A stretch of 64,000 bases of DNA from Schlesneria sp. (GTDB lineage: Bacteria; Planctomycetota; Planctomycetia; Planctomycetales; Planctomycetaceae): contig JAYTGQ010000391.1 in NCBI GenBank assembly GCA_043733345.1, positions 757 to 64,756 of the forward strand, given 5' to 3'. The notes under the pieces are model-generated. The model did not search any database, was not told where the DNA came from, and worked only from the letters and a program-made list of their open reading frames with translations. The number at the start of each line of letters is the position of its first letter. Position 1 is the first letter of the stretch. Shown piece by piece: positions 56,611-64,000 of this stretch. The position numbers and the translations under genes are program-made.

Positions 56611-56613
56611 TTC

Positions 56614-57100
56614 GGACTCTTGAGATTGCAGCTCAGGGGCTGTGCAGAATCAATCTCCGAGAGTTGGTAGATGGCGATCAGGCCCCCAACCGCAGGACGG
56701 CACGAACGCCCATCTTTCTACCGCTCATCTTTTTGCCGTACTCTTTGAGGAAGCGGCAGAAAGATGAGTGGTAGAAAGATGTCTCGGAACCGTGGCTCCG
56801 TGACGCGGCAATCCTTGGGAACGACACAATCACTTCTGAAATTCTCGGACGTAATAAATGCACAGCCCCTAAGAATCCGGGGGCTGACGCCCAATGGCAC
56901 TCACTTTGTCATTCTGTGAGCGGCACGGCGCTAGCCGCCGGTTCTTTTCCAACTTAGAAACCGGCGGCTAGCGCCGTGCCGCTCAGGTTATGTTCCCAAA
57001 GTGAGTGCCATTGGGCGTCAGCCCCCGGATTCTGAGCTGCAATCACAAGAGTCCGGAGGAGGCTGACGCCGCCCGGCTCACCACTTCTGTCGGAAACGTC
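56614..57100. mobile_element. Nested MITE stack: M2 (56636-56869) inside the left TIR of M3 (56614-57054), REP doublet, M4 right end
   Basis: Removing 56636-56872 restores GGACTCTTGAGATTGCAGCTCAGAATCCGGGGGCTGACGCCCAATGGCAC, the inverse of 57005-57054; M2 flanks TCA/TAA; ACTTCTGTCGGAAACGTC at 57083-57100. Confidence 0.82.
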
Positions 57101-57194
57101 AGTCATGACACAAACTCGGTTTTTATGGACGATCAATTCTCGGTCGTGGCGCTAGCGCCCTGCCGCTCACGAGAAGTTGTTTCAAACCAGTCCC

Positions 57195-59087
57195 CTATTT
57201 TTTCCGCTCGTACTGAAAGTCCAGAGTTCCTTCGGCGAGCGTGATGTCTTTGATCGCTTCGAGCAGCTTGGCTCGATTAGCCTTGTCGGGAGTGAGTTTG
57301 AGTTCCGACGACAACGCGTAGACCGTGATGTGGTACTGCTTCACGCCGGGGCCTTTGGATTTCATCGGGTCGTACTCGCGGCGGTTCTTGTCGTTGAGGC
57401 CCACGGTGCCGGAGGACTTATCGTTCTTGGCGAGCTTCGTGATGTTCGCCGGGATGTTGTAAACGACCCAGTACGACTTGATGTCGCCGGGGCCGGGGAT
57501 ATGCCAGACGTTGACCGCGAACGACTTCGTTCCTTGTGGAGCGTCCTTCCATTCGATCGGCGGCGAGGTACTGGCTCCGTCGCCGGTGAACTCGATGGGA
57601 ATGCTGCCGCCCGCTTCAAACGCGGGACTGGCCACGACCAACTGCGGCAGGTTGCTCTTCGGTTTGGGGTTCGAGGTCGTTTGCTCATCGCGTCGCGGCG
57701 GCGGGTTTTCGCCCGGGCGCGGCGGTCGATTTTCTCCGGGACGGGGTGGCGGAGGTGGCCGACGGTCGTTGCCCCCTCCTCCACCGGGGCCGCGCCGTCG
57801 GGGTGAGTACGTTTCATTGGTCGTGCTGCCATTCGTATCGACGAACGTGAACTTCGCCGTGCCATCCTCAGTGAGGACGTAGCTCACCGAGCCTGTCTTG
57901 CCGCGCACGTGATACGTCAGGACGTAGCTGCCGGGCTTGGTCTCTTGGAAGTCGGTGATCTTCGCATCACGGAGAGGCCGCAGGTCGGGACGGATCGGTT
58001 CGGCTCGCGGCTGCGGATCGACTTGGCTGTCGCGCTCGACGACTTCGCCGTGAAAGCCGCCGTTGAGGTACGGGTACTTCTTCGTCGCGTGATAGTGATA
58101 GTTGCCCTGCTTGTCCTTGTGGCCGTTGAAGGCGTCGAGGCCGACGACCTTGGAACTGTCCGGCTCGTCGTACCCGTAGATCGGATAGCCATCGAGGGCG
58201 TACGCGATCGGCAATCCTTTGCCGACGGTCTTCTCCAGATGCACTGGTGCGATGTGATAGTGATAGTCGTCAGCTCGACCGCAGTGGCCGCCGAACTCGT
58301 CGAGTTCCCCGAAGAGATACGCGTCGTCGCCGCGATTGTTGAGCGGGTTGAAGATGGGGACGCCGTTCGCCGCGAGCGCAATCGCTCCGCGCAGGAATCG
58401 ACCTTTGGTTGATTGTGGATTCTTGGCCGGCACCGGATGCAGCGGGATCTGCCAGGAGTTCTCACCGAAATACTTCTGCGGCAACGGCACCTGCTGCTGC
58501 CACGCGGTGATGCCGACCATCATTCGGTGATCGGGGATGCCGTTCGATTCGACGTAGAAGTAATTGTCATCCCAGCGGGTCCGGATCGCTTTTGTTTTCA
58601 CAAACGCCTCGAAGGCGGCGGCCATTTCGGGGGCCTGCACATTGCGATCCGGCTTCGCCTGATCGGCCTGAGCCAGCAGCAGGGGCAATTCATTGGCGAC
58701 GAGCAGATTCATGGCAGCGTCGTCCTCGCCGTCGGCGGTTTGAACGACGTGAAGCAGTGTGGGCCTCGGGAACCGTCCCAACACTTCGTTGGCTCGTTCA
58801 ATCTGTGAGAGTCGCTGCTCAACCCACGTTTGATCGGTCTCGACAAGTTGCGACAGTTTCACACTGACGAGTGAATCATCAGGCCGTCGAATCTGCACCT
58901 GCCCGTCCTTCGCCGCGACGAACGAGCCGCGTAGTGGAAGCGTCCCCGAAACATCGGTCCACGTTCGGTCCTGGTTTGCAGCAGCGGACTCCTGCCTCCC
59001 CCGCGCGTGACCGGGATGGGCGAGTGCCGGTGAACTCGCACACAGCAAGGCCAGCAAGGCGGCGAGAGACATCGTGATTCGAGACAT
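57195..59087 (-). CDS. Secreted SHD1 - YHYH - YbhB/YbcL (PEBP) fusion protein
   Basis: Signal peptide; RTWTDVSG...SVKLSQL (SHD1); GVPIFNP...GGH...DYHYH (YHYH); AFEAGGSIP...SPPIEW...WVVYNIPA...Y..TVYAL (PEBP). Confidence 0.87.
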   Translation of the reverse strand: MSRITMSLAALLALLCASSPALAHPGHARGRQESAAANQDRTWTDVSGTLPLRGSFVAAKDGQVQIRRPDDSLVSVKLSQLVETDQTWVEQRLSQIERANEVLGRFPRPTLLHVVQTADGEDDAAMNLLVANELPLLLAQADQAKPDRNVQAPEMAAAFEAFVKTKAIRTRWDDNYFYVESNGIPDHRMMVGITAWQQQVPLPQKYFGENSWQIPLHPVPAKNPQSTKGRFLRGAIALAANGVPIFNPLNNRGDDAYLFGELDEFGGHCGRADDYHYHIAPVHLEKTVGKGLPIAYALDGYPIYGYDEPDSSKVVGLDAFNGHKDKQGNYHYHATKKYPYLNGGFHGEVVERDSQVDPQPRAEPIRPDLRPLRDAKITDFQETKPGSYVLTYHVRGKTGSVSYVLTEDGTAKFTFVDTNGSTTNETYSPRRRGPGGGGGNDRRPPPPPRPGENRPPRPGENPPPRRDEQTTSNPKPKSNLPQLVVASPAFEAGGSIPIEFTGDGASTSPPIEWKDAPQGTKSFAVNVWHIPGPGDIKSYWVVYNIPANITKLAKNDKSSGTVGLNDKNRREYDPMKSKGPGVKQYHITVYALSSELKLTPDKANRAKLLEAIKDITLAEGTLDFQYERKK

Positions 59088-59204
59088 GTGAAACTCCTGC
59101 ATGAGGTATTCGTGATCGGGGTTGGCTGGCATCGTTTGGCGGTATATCGGCTGATTGGCTGATTCACGAATAGTGCCCGTTCGCCCGCGCTTTGGCGAGC
59201 GTGG

Positions 59205-59447
59205 CTACGTCGAGGTCGCGCTACTCCTCCACCGCTCGACCCAATTTGTGCGATCCCCAACACTCAACTGATGAACGGGCGCGACGGGGTCGTACCGATC
59301 GAATGATTCGAGTACCGCGACCGCGACCTCTTGCAGCACATCGTCCCGAGCTGTGAAGTCCCGCACGACCGACGTGACAAACGCCGAAACGACCGGCTGG
59401 GCCAGCGTCCAAAGTCGAGCAGCCTGTCGCATGTTGTCGTCCATCAA
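59205..59447 (-). pseudogene. ECF sigma-70 factor (Planctomycete/Verrucomicrobia type) remnant
   Basis: RLWTLAQPVVSAFVTSVVRD...DDVLQEVAVAV...FDRYDP region 2; after a +1 shift the frame reads SRPFIS*VLGIA (TGA at the W position), then similarity ends. Confidence 0.8.
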
Positions 59448-59541
59448 TTCCTCGCACCACGTTCGTGTTCACACCGAGACTTATCCGGTGAACGTAAATC
59501 GTGACCGCGAAAATGATCCGAATCTGCAGCTGCGGACGAGC

Positions 59542-59584
59542 AAAAAACGTTGGCCCGGCAGCTTGAAGCTGCCGGGCCAACGTT
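59542..59584 (-). terminator. Terminator of DUF1501 gene
   Basis: 18-bp perfect stem AACGTTGGCCCGGCAGCT followed by a T-run on the minus strand. Confidence 0.75.
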
Positions 59585-59624
59585 CGTCTTGAGGATCGCG
59601 CACGATTCTCCGAACAGGGATGAC

Positions 59625-61088
59625 TCAGGAAAGGATTCCTGTCACGGCATCGGCACCCACCATCTCGCGCGGTTGATTGAGGTGATTGAAGACCATGCGG
59701 CGCGGATTCATGCCGACGCTGTGGTAGATCGTGGCGAGCAGTTCGATCGGATGAACGGGGTTCTCAACAGGTGCCGAAGCGGTTTGATCCGACTTGCCCC
59801 AGACGAGGCCGCGCTTCACGCCAGCTCCCGCGATCAGGCCCGTATAGCAGTAAGGCCAGTGATCGCGACCGTCGTCCGAGTTGCCGTTCCCCGACGTACT
59901 GACTCCACGTTTGGGGCTGCGTCCGAATTCGCCGATGGCCAGTACGAGCGTGTCTTTCAACAAGCCGCGCTGGTCGAGATCGGCGATCAAGCCCGAGAGA
60001 CCGGCGTCAAGCATCGGGGCCGACTGGTTTTTCATGCGAGTCGAGAGACCGGTGTGGACATCGAACGAATGGTTGTCCGAGTTGGCGACCTTCGGCCAAT
60101 TGACCTGCACGACGCGCGTCCCCGCTTCGATCAGGCGGCGAGCCAGCAAACAGCTTTGGCCGAACGTGTTGTTGCCGTACATCTCGCGCGTTTCGGGCGA
60201 TTCCGCAGAGAGATTGAATGCCTCACGTGCTTTGCCCGAGAGGACGAGCGACAGAGCCTTGCCGTAGTACTCATCGAGCGCGTACTTGCTAACGGACTTT
60301 TCGAGGTCGTTCAGGCTGGCATTGACGGTGTCACGCAGTTGAGCACGGCGGGCCAATCGTTCCTGAGGAATCTCGGGACGAAGTTGCAGATCGTCCACCT
60401 TCAGGCGATCCATCTTGGCCATGTCCATGTCGTCACCGACAGGAAACAACGTGTACGGATCGAAGGCTCGCCCCATGAAACCGGCGTTGCCGCCTTTGCC
60501 AATCACGTTGCTCTCTTGCAAAGGCCGCGGCATCGTGACGTGCGGAAGCATCGGCACTGTCGTCGGCTTGGCTTTCACAATGTGACAGCCCCAGTTTGGG
60601 AAGTCCTTTGGGCTGGGCGGCTCAAGCTGGCCGGAGGGACTGACCTTGTCAGCCGTGTAGCCAGTCATCATTTGATAGATGGCGGCCGTGTGATTGAACA
60701 AGCCGTTGGGCGTGTAGCTGACCGCTCGCAAAAGCGTTGTCTTGTCGATTTGTTGAGCCAACTTCGGCATCAACTCGGTGAACTGGACGCCGGGCAACTT
60801 CGTGTCGATTGGCTTGAAGATGCTCCGAACATTGTCAGGGACATCGGTTTTCGGATCCCAAAGATCGAGATGGCTTGGCCCACCTTGCAGGTAGACGAGG
60901 ATGACATGCTTGGCCTTCCCGAATCCGACACCACCGTAACGAGCGTCTTCCGCCGCGTTGGCTTGCTCCATCTTCAACATTTGCGGGAGAGACAGCCCCA
61001 AGAGCGAAGCTCCACCAACTCGGAGAAGTTCGCGGCGACCGAAGCCATCGCAGGTGTCTTTGCCGTACTGACCTTGAATTGAGAACAT
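59625..61088 (-). CDS. DUF1501 domain protein
   Basis: [61 protein letters not shown]. Confidence 0.93.
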   Translation of the reverse strand: MFSIQGQYGKDTCDGFGRRELLRVGGASLLGLSLPQMLKMEQANAAEDARYGGVGFGKAKHVILVYLQGGPSHLDLWDPKTDVPDNVRSIFKPIDTKLPGVQFTELMPKLAQQIDKTTLLRAVSYTPNGLFNHTAAIYQMMTGYTADKVSPSGQLEPPSPKDFPNWGCHIVKAKPTTVPMLPHVTMPRPLQESNVIGKGGNAGFMGRAFDPYTLFPVGDDMDMAKMDRLKVDDLQLRPEIPQERLARRAQLRDTVNASLNDLEKSVSKYALDEYYGKALSLVLSGKAREAFNLSAESPETREMYGNNTFGQSCLLARRLIEAGTRVVQVNWPKVANSDNHSFDVHTGLSTRMKNQSAPMLDAGLSGLIADLDQRGLLKDTLVLAIGEFGRSPKRGVSTSGNGNSDDGRDHWPYCYTGLIAGAGVKRGLVWGKSDQTASAPVENPVHPIELLATIYHSVGMNPRRMVFNHLNQPREMVGADAVTGILS

Positions 61089-61320
61089 CGAAACGACCTC
61101 CGGAACGAAAGTGTTTTGGCGGGAGCCACAGCCAAGCGATCAGCTTGTCTGGGCGGAAGCGGGCGTCGGCGGGAGCCGGTCTAGCAGTGAATGCACAGGT
61201 CTTCATCGGCATTGATGATGAATCGGCATCGGGTTATACAGGCGAAAACTGATGGCTGTCAATTACCGATTGAACGTTCGACTCGGCGCATCCCGTCGTC
61301 CCGGCAACACGTTGTGAGAG

Positions 61321-61436
61321 ATACCGCAGACGGTTGAGGATGGCACATTTCACACTAACCCGAAGCGTAAGCGAGGACTGGTGTTGCCTCCTCGCTTACG
61401 CTTCGGGTTAGTGTCAGCTTCAACTGCGTGCGGTAT
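61321..61436. mobile_element. MITE family M5 carrying a REP hairpin
   Basis: TIR ATACCGCAGACGGTTGA / TCAACTGCGTGCGGTAT; interior near-identical to 26475-26589. Confidence 0.75.
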
Positions 61437-61567
61437 AGTGCGAAGGGGCGGAAGGGCTGTGAACAAAGAATGTAGGGTGGGCACTGCCACCACAAACGAT
61501 GGTGAGAAGGTCGGCAGTGCTCACCTTACAGAAAGTGCATGACCTGATTATTTGTGCAAAGCTTTCG

Positions 61568-62779
61568 TCACCCTACCTCAACCGTCGGGTCTGGCCACAG
61601 TGTGACGGGCCACGGTGAGACTGCGGCAATGCGTCGTGCGGCGGCGTAATTGGGAACGAAGACCAAGCCGTACTCGCGCGGAAGTTGGCTCAGATCGAGG
61701 TCGCCAATGTGACGCCATTCGCGTTCGACGGTCCAGTCGATCCGCGCGGACATCTGTTCCTCGGCGGTGACTTCGGCGGACACGCTCGGTTGTGAATGAG
61801 CCAGTTGAAAGAACGGCTTGTCGTTCCTATCGAGACTGCTCCAACGAGCTTCATCACCGTAGACGACCGGACGCGTTCCGCGTTCCTCGAGCCAACTTCG
61901 GCGAAGACACAACCCGAACGGCTCGAAGTCCCAACGACCGCGATGAGGACGGAACCGCCTCAATTCCGGCAGGTGTGATAGGGGCGAGGCCGTGAAGCTG
62001 ACGACCCGTACGCCTTCGCGCGCGGTTCGAGCCGACGCAAGCAAACACTGTTGTTGAAGAATCCGTTCGAGAGTCCCGGCTGGCGAATGGTCGGCATTTC
62101 GGCGTGATAGCAACAAGCTGTCGAGATAGTCCTCCAGCGACTGTTCTGGCCACGGGCCGGGACAACTGCGTGTCGTATGCGACAGCGAGACCCAACCGTC
62201 GGCCGCAGGGAACGGCACAAGTTCGACGATGTCCTCGGAGAGTGTCGCCATGCTGGCGTGAATGCCCGACAACGGCCCAGTCTCCACAGGCGTAGGCTTC
62301 CAGACGGCCGCCCCCAGCGACGCCAATTCGTCGCGCACCGTCGCTCCTTCCAAGTTGGGAAGGTCAACGAGTGTCACGCCGCCCGCGCCGGTTCGCAGCC
62401 GGTCTCTCAGGAGTCGATGCCAGTGGCCATTGCTCCGCAATCCCAACACCAGCAGTTCGTTCACCGCCGCCAGTGTTCGGTCTCGCTCTGGAATCTCATC
62501 TGTCTGGTGGAACGACGAGCGTCGTTCTGAATCGGGCACGCCGCTCAAAGGACTCACACGTTCGTGATTCACATTGAGGAGTTCGGCACCGCGCCGCACG
62601 AATTCGCTCCCGGCGGTTCCGTCACCGATGAGCAGTTGTTGCCCGCGATCACGGACTCGACGCAGACAGGCTCGCAGTCCGAGCAACCACGGCGCATCCG
62701 GCGTTACCAGACGCGGGAGCCTCGACATCACGATTGCCGCGTGGCTCTTCACACTCATCGAGCGGACTCCCGAAACCAT
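61568..62779 (-). CDS. Hypothetical protein (Rossmann-like N-domain, C-terminal DWxxEREWR motif)
   Basis: Coding-like composition; SFT...FRPHRGRWDFEPFG and DWTVEREWRHIGDLDL conserved-looking blocks; track start at 62950 runs through a REP, so start moved. Confidence 0.7.
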   Translation of the reverse strand: MVSGVRSMSVKSHAAIVMSRLPRLVTPDAPWLLGLRACLRRVRDRGQQLLIGDGTAGSEFVRRGAELLNVNHERVSPLSGVPDSERRSSFHQTDEIPERDRTLAAVNELLVLGLRSNGHWHRLLRDRLRTGAGGVTLVDLPNLEGATVRDELASLGAAVWKPTPVETGPLSGIHASMATLSEDIVELVPFPAADGWVSLSHTTRSCPGPWPEQSLEDYLDSLLLSRRNADHSPAGTLERILQQQCLLASARTAREGVRVVSFTASPLSHLPELRRFRPHRGRWDFEPFGLCLRRSWLEERGTRPVVYGDEARWSSLDRNDKPFFQLAHSQPSVSAEVTAEEQMSARIDWTVEREWRHIGDLDLSQLPREYGLVFVPNYAAARRIAAVSPWPVTLWPDPTVEVG

Positions 62780-62864
62780 TGATGCCGCGTCACGAGCGAT
62801 CCGCAACTCGGCATCAATGGCATCCTCGACAACTACTGGGCTATACTGCTCGCGGCCGATTCTG

Positions 62865-62928
62865 ACACTAACCCGAAGCGTGAGCGAGGAACGCAACCCA
62901 CCTCCTCGTTTACACTTCGGGTTAGTGT
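62865..62928. repeat. REP hairpin
   Basis: ACACTAACCCGAAGCGTGAGCGAGG...CCTCGTTTACACTTCGGGTTAGTGT. Confidence 0.8.
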
Positions 62929-62971
62929 GCCGCAGCGGCAAATGTCTCACTTTGGGCCGTGCGAGGTATAA

Positions 62972-63829
62972 CTACTTGGCGGACGCCTTGGGATCGGCCT
63001 GCGGCTGGAGCGGTTCGAGGACGATTGGCTTGACGCCCGTCCCTTCGTAACCGGCCATTGGTTTGCCGTCGTCGGTCAACTTGCCGACCGACCAGAGCAG
63101 GCCGCGTGAAACGAGATCCAGATAGCGGGCATCGGCGACGGTGTCAGTGTTGTGACCGAGTGTCGTGCTGAAGACGCGCGACTTGCCGAACTCGTTTGTC
63201 CACGCGACGACGAAGTCATCGACCTTCTTACCGGTGTCCTGCCGGCCGCGTGCGAGCGGCTTCGCAGTCTCAAACAGCTTGACATTGTTGTAAAGCTCTT
63301 CGTTAACCGTCGTCCAATTCTCCAGCCCCTTGGTCACGCCGTGATTGAGCTCGACAAACGTGACATCGATCGGTTTCTGCGGCCCGTGACTTGTCGAATG
63401 AATCCCGACGAACTGGAACCATTCATCCGTTCCGACGCGGTAGCAGTGCATCGCACAGTGCAGGTTCACCGCCGCGACACCGTTCTTGTGCGCGTTCAAA
63501 ATGTTGTCCACATAGGGGCGTTCGGTCACGTCGGACGTGCATTCGTCGTGAATGACGATGTCGTAGCCTTTGGCCCAATCGGGGCTTTCATACATCTCGA
63601 ACCGCGCCTTCGTCGTCTTGTCGTCGGTGTGAACCAACTTCACTTCGACGTTCGCCCGCTGCTCAATTCCCTGCTTGAGAACTTCCTTCTGCCGCCCATA
63701 GTCGTGACAGCAGCCGCCGGTGATGAGCAGTGCCTTAAGCGGTTTTGGTTTGGCGACATCGGCGGCCAAACCGACCGACGAACCGATGAACAACGCAGTC
63801 AGAACCCACACAGCCGATCGAACAGTCAT
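62972..63829 (-). CDS. ThuA-like (trehalose utilisation / class I GAT-like) secreted protein
   Basis: Signal peptide; LLITGGCCHDY, LHCA, NEELY, VAWT, RVFSTTLGH, RGLLWS. Confidence 0.88.
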   Translation of the reverse strand: MTVRSAVWVLTALFIGSSVGLAADVAKPKPLKALLITGGCCHDYGRQKEVLKQGIEQRANVEVKLVHTDDKTTKARFEMYESPDWAKGYDIVIHDECTSDVTERPYVDNILNAHKNGVAAVNLHCAMHCYRVGTDEWFQFVGIHSTSHGPQKPIDVTFVELNHGVTKGLENWTTVNEELYNNVKLFETAKPLARGRQDTGKKVDDFVVAWTNEFGKSRVFSTTLGHNTDTVADARYLDLVSRGLLWSVGKLTDDGKPMAGYEGTGVKPIVLEPLQPQADPKASAK

Positions 63830-64000
63830 GTTGCAATCCTTGGTAATGAAGACAAACAGTTGAGGAAACGAGCAACTCTGGGACAGGGCATTAAGCCGGG
63901 CGGGATTCTAACCACGACACTCCGAACTCGAAACTCGCTCGGGTTTCCACAAAGTATCTCTACGGGGTGCAGTCGTTAATTGGTGGTCACATTCCGGTCC

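Noticed and set aside
56318-59578. 16-bp match TTGAAGCTGCCGGGCC between the thiC tail (56318-56333) and the DUF1501 terminator (59563-59578)
   Set aside because: GC-rich, and one copy is half of a terminator palindrome; it could be chance and does not delimit a coherent element.
59550-61082. 510-aa plus-strand ORF
   Set aside because: Antisense shadow of the DUF1501 gene.

Overview
GC-rich bacterial DNA, most likely a planctomycete (DUF1501, SHD1 and SgcJ/SnoaL-type proteins, Planctomycete-style REP hairpins). No rRNA, tRNA or CRISPR array was seen. Core-like blocks: a 5'-partial giant beta-helix protein, a spermidine-synthase-like membrane protein, an atypical ExbD-ExbD-ExbB operon split by a repeat-flanked four-helix-bundle cassette, a tandem dynamin-like GTPase pair, carbohydrate/redox enzymes, DUF1501 and ThuA. 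Accessory blocks: (i) a ~16.3 kb all-plus-strand island of about 28 mostly small general-stress genes with a DUF2294-csrA pair near its start (35.1-51.4 kb); (ii) a compact three-gene operon, TIGR04255-like + HicB-like/unknown + stand-alone ComEC-type metallo-beta-lactamase nuclease (52.6-55.2 kb), sitting behind duplicated thiC 3' ends. This operon is the best candidate for an undescribed defence/conflict system. The window also carries many MITEs/REPs from at least five families, some nested, and many gene fragments (thiC, fbp, IS4 tnp, hsdS-like, PemK-like, DUF1003, DUF6932, ECF sigma), most of which break at or very near element ends. All family assignments come from motif recognition by eye; no database search or GC computation was run.
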